From the NCBI GenBank assembly GCA_040954595.2, contig CM082577.2, positions 7,465,846 through 7,529,845 of the forward strand: a stretch of 64,000 nucleotides of DNA. The letters are read 5' to 3'. A program made the translations under genes and the position numbers. Every line of letters begins with the position of its first letter. Position 1 is the first letter of the stretch. The notes below the pieces were generated by a model. That model was not told the DNA's origin and searched no databases. It saw only the letters and a program-made list of their open reading frames with translations. Positions 43,099-53,766 of the stretch are shown in pieces. This DNA comes from Balanoglossus misakiensis. Lineage: Eukaryota > Animalia > Hemichordata.

Positions 43099-43515
43099 AT
43101 AGGATATCATGCAGATGTCCCAAGCTGCGGCCAGGCGAGCTTCCGTCTTGCAGGTCTCCGCGGGACCGATGAACCCGACGATGTCGTGTTCCCTCCAGAG
43201 GTGGGTCATGGCACTCAGGGAGCCCAGCTCTATGCCCTGGGTGTCGTACGGGACGAACGACAGAGTGTGTCCCGGCAAAATGTCGGGATCATTGTTTATG
43301 ACCTCCACGGCGTAGGTGATAGCTCCAGAGATCGCGCGACCCCACAGTTTGTAGTCGTAGACGCTGGTCTCCGTCATGAGATAACCCAAGGTGAAGTTGT
43401 CCCCGCTCACCTGTGGTACCATGGCGCTCGATAGGCAAATGGCGATCAGCGCGACGCACACCATTGCGTGCGGCTGCGGCGGAGACGCTGCTGCTGGTGC
43501 TCGTCGATCCCACAT
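43099..43515 (-). CDS. First coding exon of a receptor (membrane) guanylyl cyclase: signal peptide plus N-terminal part of the ANF-receptor/periplasmic-binding-protein type 1 ectodomain; Gyc32E/speract-receptor/NPR-like
   Basis: Translation MWDRRAP...MVCVALIAICLSSAMVPQVSG (hydrophobic signal peptide), then NFTLGYL...GRAISGAITYAVEVINNDPDILPGHTLSF...DTQG...LW...GFIGPAETCKTEARLAAAWDICMISY. This matches the motif string of receptor-GC ectodomains (G..ISGA.T.A...IN...L.GH.L; IGP.ETC..EAR.AAA...MISY). Similarity stops exactly at a canonical donor TAT|GTAAGT (GT at 43098-43097, phase 0). First ATG is at 43515 and a second in-frame ATG is at 43464. The ORF-track start (TTG, 43530) and the tail after ISY are not real coding sequence. 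The cyclase domain is not in the window, so the family call rests on the ectodomain. Confidence 0.9.
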
Positions 43516-43611
43516 CCTGTCAACGGACAAAACTGAACAGGTACTAGCCTCACGGGTAACACGGTAGCAGCATCGACAATTCGAGTCAAATTATCTCCCA
43601 CCACCTGACGT

Positions 43612-43656
43612 TTATCTCGTGCGGTGCAGACAGGCTTCACTTGCAACGAAGTTCAT
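43612..43656 (-). promoter_or_regulatory. Upstream ORF (14 aa, MNFVASEACLHRTR*) in the 5' UTR of the guanylyl cyclase
   Basis: ATG at 43656 is the second base of the exon; TAA at 43614-43612; ends about 96 nt before the main ATG. Confidence 0.5.
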
Positions 43657-44147
43657 TCTGTAAACAAAAAAATATCACATGAAACTTAACGTTGGAAGTG
43701 CGGTTTAAAAAAGGGGGGAGTACAGCACAGCGGCTCCAGAATGTGTTCAACTTGAGCTCTCGTGAGGTGCCCAGTGACAAACAATGCGTACACAGGCTAG
43801 CTTTGGTTCACAAAAGAAAAAGTGACGATACATGAAATATGCATATCAGCGTAAAGCACTAGAGTCATGAATAATTCAACAGCAGTGTTGTGTGTCAGGG
43901 AAAGCCTTGGTGAACGAACACTGCTGCGCGCGTATCGTACCGTTCATCACGCCCGCGTGTGCCGTGTTTCGCTGCTTGATGATGCGTCCGCGGAGGCAAA
44001 ACTCACGTCTAATAATAACGCGATGCTGTTTCCCCTTTTTTCACTTCAAGGACGGCAAGAAAAGTGACGTTGAGGCTTTTCTCGCGGAAGATTCCAATTT
44101 CCCAAACGGAGGGGGGAATGAACGCGGTTGCGTGATGACTGACTCAC

Positions 44148-44400
44148 CTGAAAGGAGAGGTCTGCGTTTCGAATGGCAACGAAGCATAAATGTTCCTCGT
44201 GTTATCGGAGCGCGGCGCTCGCTTTAAGCTCCTTATCGTCGGGGGAAAAAAGCAACGCAGCTAGCCGAACAGGGCTGTACGATTTCTAGCGGCAGGGTGC
44301 AGCGAATCGTCCACCCCTCCGCAATAAAATAGGACAGTCAACGGCGTCGGAAATAAAAGCGTGCAACAATTGGGTTGAAAACGGCAAATCATTACCCGTA
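44148..44400 (-). other. Candidate upstream non-coding (5' UTR) exon of the guanylyl cyclase; 5' boundary is only approximate
   Basis: Consensus donor CAG|GTGAGT (GT at 44147-44146), giving a 490-nt intron to the acceptor at 43658; lies in a CpG-rich stretch. Confidence 0.45.
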
Positions 44401-45763
44401 ACCAACCAATTCGTTCCGCTCCCGAGTGACAAAACGTGTATACGCGTCTCATTTGAAGCAGCAACAGCCGCGGATAGCAGTCGCTGTTAGCTTTTAACTT
44501 AGCGCTGTGAAGTCACCTGACAGTGGATTTTATCAGAGGCAAAAAATCAGCGTAGGTCACACGTCCAGAGTCATCAGCGGGGATCAAAGAATTAGAGAAG
44601 TAAATAGCCTGTGGTTGAGGGTATTTTTTATCATAATCTGTCGAATGGTAGGGTGTTATCACGTCACTCGTGCCCGGGGGACGTGATTCTCTGCCGTCAG
44701 ACCTACTTGCATCATAACATTTCCGCAAGCGTAGACGCGCTCTGGCGCATCGCAATCGATTTGAAAGGGACTCGCGTTGCCTAAATCCACGCTTCCAGGG
44801 ATGATATTTCCATCCTTGCATATTAAACAAAACCGAAGAACACGATCAAGACGAGCCTTCGATAGGAAGAAGGGATACAGCCGCGGCTTCGAGGCGATCT
44901 CGGAGTTGATTGAAATATGATACGATGCATTATTGTAATAACACGCGCACCTCTGCGACTCGCGGCATAACCACGTACGCCAAGCGATTTGACGTACCGA
45001 TTTGTTCAGTCCCCGGTAAGCGACAGCAAGTACGCCCTCTCCAGGACGAAAGCATTCCCGGCGATCAGCGCAGTGTTCTGTGGTATTGACAAATCTATCG
45101 TCTCAGCTCACAACAAACAAACAATAGAGACAAGACGTTGATGTTTTTTTTGTTTTAATGGCGAGGGGAAGAAATCGATAACGCTAAGTAGCGTGCGCTC
45201 CCATCGCACCGATGTCCCAATTCATTGCAACCGCCCAACTGTAACTTGGAACGATCGATACTTGAATCTCCCGCGGCTTTGAAAACAACGGCTGCGCGCA
45301 GATCGTAACGGCCGATGACATAACATGAAATCAAATCTATCGAACCAGGAATTTCAAACTTTGAATATCAAATATTCTTTCATAAAACTCCACGAGACAT
45401 TTGTGCAGCTGGGAGAGGTCGCGAGACGCGTGTCGAGGAAAATGGGACGTCTTTGTCATTATTTTCTTTGAACAGTTCTGTTTGAGAAAAAAAAATGTCT
45501 TACACATTATCCATTTCGTAACGATCAGATCTATTGAACATTGTTAGACGATCAAATCTTGAGTTTCTGATAGTTATTGTGTACAGTGTACCACGAAATA
45601 CTAGTAGCACCCCAAGGTTATACCATAACATCATCCACTGCCACAGTAGATTTCACCGTGACCGTCCAATACAAAGATAGTTTGGCTTTGAGTAAGTTGA
45701 AATTGAGAATTTCTTTCAAAAGGGGAAAGTCTGCCTTCTCATTTTGTCTTATATCCTTCTTAA

Positions 45764-46558
45764 GATGGGTCCCTAGGATCTTTTTGCTCGTTGCTATGGG
45801 CCTTTATAGGACACTACACTCAATTTTGATCGAAACCGTTATGAACGTCCGACAAGGGGCTTGTAACTAGTTAAAAATACGCACGATTGTGTGCACACCC
45901 CCTGTCCGAGTATGGTTACGGCAGCTACCGCCCGGCCATAGGCCGCCACGCTAATACGGCAAAGCAGCGGTCAGTGATAGCGTGCGCGTCCTGTAACCAC
46001 AGTAACTGGATCGAACGCTAAAAATCCAATGTTTTGTACACAGAGATTTTGTACCGTTCACGAAAATCCCTAAGGCTTTTTTCATAGGCGACGTAGGCCA
46101 GCCAAATTTGACCTGCTTGTTGAGAACGCACTTCCGCATAGTGTGACGGATCGTTTTTTCGGTTTTCGTCGTGCTAAGAAGCGATACCGGTGGAAGAGTG
46201 CGTCCAAAAACACCCAAAATCGATGACTTTTTCAGGTGTGGTACGGGTATGCTGAAATCGTAGGATACAACGATAATATTCGAAAACAAAATCCGTCACG
46301 ATCTTCCCTGGTTCAAGCAACTAATGAATACGTATCAAGTTCGTTTTTGAGGTCACGGAATAAAAAGCCTTAGGCTTTTGAAATTTGACCTAGCTAATTT
46401 GCATATCAATGGCGTCAGGGGGCGCGCGCTCACAATCGTGCAGATTTTCAACTAGTTACCAGCCCCTTGTTAGACTCTGAAAACGGCTTAGTCCAAATCG
46501 GGGTGTAATGTCCTATAAAGGCCCATAGCAACGGGCAAAAAGATCCTAGGGACCCATC
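45764..46558. mobile_element. 795-bp non-autonomous DNA transposon (MITE), Kolobok-like
   Basis: Terminal inverted repeats GATGGGTCCCTAGGATCTTTTTGCYCGTTGCTATGGGCCTTTATAGGACAYTACAC (56 bp, 2 mismatches) extend imperfectly to about 140 bp. TTAA on both sides (45760-45763, 46559-46562). 5'-GA...TC-3' termini fit Kolobok (RR...YY) rather than piggyBac. No transposase ORF. Confidence 0.9.
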
Positions 46559-46562
46559 TTAA

Positions 46563-46579
46563 GGTAGAATGCACCTCGA
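46563..46579. mobile_element. Terminus of a second TTAA-type element sharing the TTAA of the 795-bp MITE
   Basis: GGTAGAATGCACCTCGA directly follows the TTAA at 46559-46562 and matches the relic at 2180-2196. Confidence 0.35.
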
Positions 46580-47794
46580 AAATACTTGACTATTCCTTCC
46601 TCCGCTGTATACTGTGAGTGGGCGTTCAGTCCATATTTCAATTAGACTCACGCAACGGCTGGCTGGCAATGGCGTCGCTTAAAACTGTCAAATTAACGCG
46701 TGCTGATGGCGTATCTGGTTTTAAGAGAGTCAGTTATCGGAATAATGCAATTGCCATCCATCTTATTATATCCAGGCTAATCTCAAATAAAGGTGCACTC
46801 GTCGCGTTGTGCAGTATGCGGTCTGTGTATGTACACAGTAAGAAATTGAATACATGTATTCTGTTTGCGGTTTTGCCCATCGCTCTCTCAAGACATGTTC
46901 GGACCAAGTGGCCAGAAAGACACTTGAAAAAAATCACATAGTGAAACGGACCCGTCCCTTAGAGAACAATGCGCTACATTTCTTCATTTCAGAGCAGAAA
47001 GCATGTCTGGTTTCTCTTGAACTGTCAAATTTTATTGAGTCCTCCGACAGATAACATATTTTAGTAAACGGGTGAGTTACCACGAGCTCAAGGCGTCCAC
47101 ATCATTCCAATTTATTCCAGTTTCATTCACATTTGAAAGCTAAGCTCTGTTACGCATTTGTCTGGCAACAACCCGCACTGGAGTGGGAAACTAAAAATAA
47201 GTAATCGCGGTCAGATCTCGTGCTTGATCGAGATCTCTCCTTTGGCCAAACATCCTTCGAATAAATCACAGTGTCATCTAGCAGATACTACTTTTTATCG
47301 GTCCTTGATTCGTAAATCAAAGCATATCTCTGGGATCACAGGAAATAGAGGGATGACGAAAAGATACGTGACTTCCCTAATTTAGCAGGCACGGCTACTC
47401 AGAGCATTGCTAACCATGATGTATGTGAACCATGGCTAATCCATGTAAAAGAAATCGTGGTTGATATCTGTTTCCTTCGTAAATTAAACTCACTGGTCCG
47501 TTCATATATGTAATATTTCAAATATATAGGCGGATTTCCCCGTCCGTATAGGAATTGATCTTATCTGTTGTATTGGACTACTTCCGAAGTTAACCATTCG
47601 GCAAAGACATGTCATCGTTAATGACGCAGTTTCCCCTGACAAGCGGGTACGCTGCAGTTGTACACTACAGAGTTTGAAAATATTATTGCATATCTGACTG
47701 CAATGTCTCTGCAGGTATAAAACAGCCAGATGTGCGCGAGTAAACAGGATAAACGGGGAGAGTATAGAATGGACATGAGCGTTATTGGACAGAT

Positions 47795-47841
47795 CATAGA
47801 CAGTAGAGGGGGGAAGACGGACTCCCCCTCTACTGTCTATG
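47795..47841. mobile_element. 47-bp hairpin: minimal CATAGAC-type MITE or internally deleted transposon
   Basis: Perfect 18-bp inverted repeat CATAGACAGTAGAGGGGG (47795-47812) / CCCCCTCTACTGTCTATG (47824-47841) with an 11-nt spacer; flanked by GACAGAT (47788-47794) and GACTGAT (47842-47848), a 7-bp direct repeat with one mismatch. Confidence 0.75.
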
Positions 47842-48929
47842 GACTGATCTTCAAACGCATACATCCACCGATCCGCGAATAAATATATGATTCACTAGAG
47901 CGGATTTTGTAACAAGAAGAGTCAAGTCTGATAAACTGCTTGGCGAAAAAGACAGAAACGTTGATTTAAAAAACAACGGAAGCAGATACTTCTCCCACAG
48001 GAAAGTCCGACCGAGGAACCAGGAAGAGCCAATTAGAAACTTTAAGAAGATACACTTTATAACCAGATTTACTTCACCCCTTGCCGTGAAAAGGTGTTTT
48101 GACATTTTCACACCACGGATCAGTAGACCTGGTGATTTACTAATGCTCGATAAACAAGACACGCTGATTGATTCCCTCGTTTACCATCATCATGATGTCA
48201 CAGATTTATGTAACTAATGGCGATCGTGACCTGGTTCTGTAGAAGTGGATTCTTGATGAGTTTTTACGACTCTCCCTTGCCTCAGTCTATACACAAGGGA
48301 ATTATGAATTATGTATACGCTCAGTCACTTTACTGTTATGATATGAAGAAATAAATAATCTGAACAATAAAAGTGTTATTATATGAGAAATATAAATCAG
48401 TTGTGAACGATATAAATATAAATTAATATTGTTAATATTATAACATTGAATATGAAGACAAACGTTTTGGAGCAATAAAATAACCAGAGGACTCGGTTTC
48501 TCATTTGGTTTCAAAAGCAGATTTCTGGAAAATTTCCGGTTTTCAGGGGGAAAAATGTTTCTTGTACTCATTATATCTTGTTGTTGAATGCTGGAAATCT
48601 GACCCATCCTGATACTGGCTGTAAATGTTCATACTTTCGGACTTTATGGATTTGTTGCAAGCCCGGGCTAGGCGTTGCCTACTCTAACATAAGTCTGCTT
48701 GACTTAGAGCTAATAAGGTTACCCAGGTGACAATGATCTTCACCTCACAATTATCAAACACCGCTTTGTTAGAGACAGTTGCCAGTATACTAGTATTCAC
48801 GCGTCAATGCAAGTTTTATTGTGAGATCAGGTGAGGCTTTTATCATTGCGTCCCCAGTACTTCGCACGAGCCTGTGAGTGATTCGGTTATGTAACGCACC
48901 GCTGTTGAACCATTCGATGGAGTATATAA

Positions 48930-48988
48930 ATGTGGATATAAACATGTACACGTTTACGATGTGGATATAAACATGTACACGTTTACGA
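48930..48988. repeat. Perfect 29-bp tandem duplication
   Basis: ATGTGGATATAAACATGTACACGTTTACG twice (48930-48958, 48959-48987). Confidence 0.95.
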
Positions 48989-49220
48989 CTTGGAAAGATT
49001 TGTCCTTGCCCTTTTCCCTTAAGAGCCAGAATAAAGTCTGAATTATATTCATTATCTTATAATCTTCTTCAAACAAAACGAATGTATTGCTGCCGACTGT
49101 ACTTCTGAGAACAGACTACCTGAAACTCGACGATTTGGTGAAACTTGTGGCCGATCTCTACCTGTGTTGCAGGATTTTGATTCGTAATAAAGCAAAGTGA
49201 ATGGAGTACTGCATTTAGTG

Positions 49221-49267
49221 AGGGATGGTTAGGTGGGTCTGTGGATGGATGGCTGTATGGATGGATG
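49221..49267. repeat. Degenerate (GGAT)n tract
   Basis: GGATGGATGG...TGGATGGATG. Confidence 0.65.
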
Positions 49268-49891
49268 CTAGTACACGCTAAAGTACCATTATTATTCTAG
49301 CATATTGACGTAATAAGTCGATCACTCAACGCCTAATCCGTGGCTGCATCACTGAGTGACTTGTTAAAAGTTACAAAACACAACTGTAAAATACCACCGC
49401 CTATATCTTTGTCTATGAAAGCAAGCACATCCACCAGGTTTCAACACATATTAATTATTGCCCTCGTATTTGTGATAAGTGCTTGTAGGGTTGTGGAATC
49501 CCATTTCCCCAGCCGTTTCATTTCGAAGAAAAAGAATTTCGCGTTAACATTTTCTTCAATGCCCACAGGAAACAAAAACTCCTGGTGTTCTTTTTCACCT
49601 TGCCGCCGGGATGACAAATATCTCTCCGGGTATCATTCCCCGCCAGAAAGAATTCGCTGTGACTTAAACCAGCCACCAAAGTTCAGTCTGCGCGGAGACA
49701 AAACTGCGAATTACCGGAACATAACCCAGGTCTATCTCGCCTAACCACACGGATTGTATATTGACCCGTTCATTGATGTATGAAATATAACCTCAGCGTG
49801 ACAAGATGGTATCCCGACAGCGGGCCGGTGGTATAGTTCCTGGGCCGTAAATTACAAAGTCTTGTCAAGGAATATTGAGATTGTTTGCCTA

Positions 49892-50065
49892 AGGGCAGTA
49901 CCATTTGCTTTCGGGGGTGGGGATTTGGGCACGCCAGCAATTTGTTTTTCAGCCACTGTTACAGCAAATGTTTTTTTCGATTGCCAGTTTCTCTAGGCAC
50001 TGCAGAAGTCACCGCCCCCCCCCCATATACTTCATCCACCCCCAGAAATCAAATGGTACATCCCT
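49892..50065. mobile_element. 174-bp MITE-like element with about 30-bp imperfect TIRs
   Basis: Left AGGGCAGTACCATTTGCTTTC-GGGGGTGG versus reverse complement of right end AGGGATGTACCATTTGATTTCTGGGGGTGG; TA on both sides (49890-49891, 50066-50067). Confidence 0.75.
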
Positions 50066-53000
50066 TACGGCTTCCCATTTTTTCAGAACGGTGACTTTTT
50101 TTCTCCATTCCACGTGATTGGCTATTCGTTATCGTTGATGCACGAAACTTTTTCAGCCGTTCGGGTATAGGCAAGACCGCGAAAGGAAAATCCGATCTGT
50201 TTGACACATGCCGAGGGGAGTTATAATCTGCCTGTGGTGAATGGGCACGGCACCGAACGCGCTCGGGCAGTTCGGGGTCACGTGGCGCAAATCGTCTGCC
50301 CATCGATCTCATCGATTAGACAACATCGAGCCCCTCGCTTAAAGACAAATCCGCGAGACGCAATTTGATGGAACAGAAAGAGTAGTTGCGCTGACACGCG
50401 CCTCCCCAGGCAGCGACAGGGAAAAAGATATCGACTTTGGGGGGTTCAAAGTTCACGTGACTCGGTTTAATTGGATTCCGTAGCTGAACAGTGGCAAGTT
50501 GAATTTCGCTCCGAGCTTTAGCATGATTGACGGTTGATCGTACTTTCCCCGACATTGTAATGAACCATCGCTATTGCTCTCTTTCTTCAAAAGAAAGAAA
50601 AACAAATAAAAGCATTCGATTCCTTGTGAGATTCCATCAAATGTGCGTGTGTCGATGCAAGGTATGGCGGTATATACTTTGATATCTATTTGGCGTGGAC
50701 GTACATGTACTTCTTTTTACTTTCATTTATTATGTTACACTTGCAAATAAGATGAACGCGAGTCACCCTCGAAGATTTGAAAATATCGGGTATCGAGAAT
50801 ATATCGAGTATCGGGTTAATACTGGTATATCGATGCGAAACAAAAACACATCGCCAGTGGAAATGAATTTTACATGTACTGTTTTCGCCGGGGGATGGGC
50901 TTATGTTGATTTCGCCGTGGCCTTCTGCGAGAATTTTGAACATTCAATGTATCGAGTAATTGCCACTGAGTATGTCGTCATAAACGTATCCTTTCCGGAT
51001 TAACTTCAATCTCATTTATGAAGGCCAAGTTCACGATAATCGGATTAAAAACGCCAACCCAGATCTAACAAACATTACTGTTTATATCCCAGTCGACGAT
51101 GATACAACTGCAGCTGTTATGACTTCACTACGTTGATTTGCCATAAGGCTGTAATGAATTTTAAAAGAAACCTGACTTTTACACCGACTACATTTGACAA
51201 ATAGTGATAAATTATACAGGATCGCGTGATTTCGATGGTTTTACTTCAGTGACTCGACTCTCCTTACTTCTGCATTGTAACTTCGATTATGAAGTTCTCA
51301 TCCGGCCAACAAAGTTTCAAGAATGTAGAGGTCGCGAAAGAGGACGGCGAGTGCAGGAGATGTGTCAGTATTGTCCGCCAAGCCGCGTTTTATTGTTAGT
51401 CATGCGCTATGCTACCGATGCATTTTTTAATATCAGGCTGTGAATTTTTTCTTGTCCACTGTGGGCTCTCTTGTCGTTAATCTGTTATGCGTTCAGTGAT
51501 ACGCTTAAAGGGAATGCGATAAAAATGGTGCCGCTTGTTTCTGAAACTCGGCTACGAGGCGAGGAACAGTAGCCGACATTTCAATCTCAGTTGAAAGACT
51601 AGTTTCCACTTCCCGGCGTTTCTGGCACTTCAGAGCCTTTGAATGACTGCTTTAGAACAGTCTGGAATCCCTAAATGCCCTTATGAGGAGATCAAGGGAA
51701 TCTTTGGGCAGAGTGAGTCGGTTTCTATGGTGATCGATCTCGAAGAGAGGCCGTTGCATAGGACACGGGCGGGGAATCTCGATAGGGATAGAAATGAGTG
51801 TGTCCCGGTCTTTAATTGAATTTTGAGTGCGTTATTGAACCGCTACTTTCCTCGTCAGATCTATAATTTGACGACGGTTTTGTTGGCTCAAGAGCAGTCG
51901 ACGGACAGTCAGATTAACGTATCTCCGAATGGGTGTTCTCCTCGTCTACATTTACCCCGTGCTGGAAAATATCACGTTAATTACGCCTCGATAGTGGCTG
52001 TACTTCCGAGACATTTAACGATGTCATCCGCTGCGTGCTTTGTAAAGTTAGACGCTTGTAAACAACGGCTGAAGGCTTTCGCCTATCTGATAATGCGCGC
52101 ATGCCGGCTTCTCATTTACGGCTTGCCGGCGGGTCGTAAAATCCGACAACGCAAGTACATGTCACAGAGTCGTAAGATATGGCGATAACAAGGGTGGTAT
52201 CAGTCATTCGGATACTGCGGCGGCGGCGGAGAAAGTGTCGGGTATGTCTGCCACATGTAAAATTGGACCATTCTGCGATTGAATATGTCCGCCAGAATCT
52301 GTCCTCATTTTTTTTGCTCTGCCGTAAAGACTCACAGAGACAAGAAAGAGCATGATAGATACCACAGTATCCCTAACGTCACTATTACACAATGCAGAGG
52401 AGTGATACATGAAACTAAGGTACGAGTCATTGTCAGTGACTCAGTCCCCGCTGGATCAATGGTGGTAATAGCCAGCTATGGACGGATAGACCCGCTGGAC
52501 TACGAACGAGGACTAAAAGGCCAGTGTAGGTTCAATATTGGAAAAAACGGGTAATAAATCTGTTTTAACATCGAGTAATAGATACCGACTTGACTACTTC
52601 CTTGCGCCATTCTGTAATGCGTCGGCAGGAAATCAAGTTCACGGGTCAACCAAATCCATCTTGGTAAATCATATCACAATTTAACGCAATGACAATGAAC
52701 AAAATACACAACGACGTGAAAAATAACGTCCATCTTATTAATCATCGTACCCTCGACGAAAGGTGGAGCTTTGCCACTATCCTTTACAATATCATAACAT
52801 AGCATCCGTTATTGTTTGCAAATTTATTATTTTTCAATGCAATAACGACATGAGTTCAAACCAATAAATCGATAACGAGTTATTAATAACGATTACCTCT
52901 TTTTTAAAATATATCTGAGGAGCATGAGAGAATCGGGCTTTTAAAATATTTCTCTGCGAACAAATGACTTATTGATCAACTCTCAGTTTGACTTTAGGCA

Positions 53001-53707
53001 ATTTCAATCATGCCAAACCACGCTGCTTAACAAACTAGTAGGTGGGACTGCATCCTAATTGTTTACGTCTCTAATACGCCTGCATGCCCGGTCGAGAAAC
53101 CGAGTGGCCGTTACGGACAAATCGCTTTTCACATTCTACCACGTTGTTTGCAGAAATCGACGGTCGTCTTTTCTGCATCACTACACTTGCATCAATATTG
53201 TAAAAAAAACACGAAAACAAACGACCGCGGTCACCAGTAAAAACAATACGACGTACAATATCAAGCTGTCAGCGCCGAACCACCTCCATCACAAACACAA
53301 TAACAAATTTCCCAAAACACCGGACTCGGGTCACACAGAAACGTGCTGAGGGCCCCATCTTTACTTGTCGTCTGCTCAGTTTGTATTAATGTTATCGCTA
53401 AATCATAGAGGTAGGTGAAAACACTGGGTGTGCGTATATACGATTACATGACGTGCACGCGACGCTTTGCAAGCGGGAATTCTATCTACATGTACCGCCA
53501 AAAATAACAGAAACGTTAGATATTAGTAGTCTAGAGATTAGTTGCTAAATTGGAGAGAATTAGCATTAATATTAATGAAACAAGGTGCCCTCCTGCAATG
53601 AACAACGTATAGTCCTTAGGGTAATTTTGGACAACAATCAATCATAACAGTTTGCCTTTCCTGCCATAATATTACTATATTTTGATTTTGATTTTAAACC
53701 TCCCAAC

Positions 53708-53766
53708 TAATAATAATACATACTAATAATAATACATGTGATGATGACGATGATGATAATGATGAT
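53708..53766. repeat. Degenerate (TAA)n/(TGA)n tract
   Basis: TAATAATAAT...GATGATGACGATGATGATAATGATGAT. Confidence 0.75.

Larger units (their letters stand above)
43099..43657 (-). other. Exon containing part of the 5' UTR and the first coding segment of the receptor guanylyl cyclase
   Basis: Minus-strand acceptor TTTTTTTGTTTACAG|AATG (AG at 43659-43658) and donor TAT|GTAAGT at 43098. Confidence 0.75.

Noticed and set aside
43003-43434. 143-aa plus-strand ORF and other ORFs overlapping the exon
   Set aside because: Antisense or off-frame shadows of the GC-rich coding exon.
48930-48988. 29-bp repeat as a possible CRISPR repeat
   Set aside because: Two directly adjacent copies with no spacer, no cas genes and a eukaryotic context.
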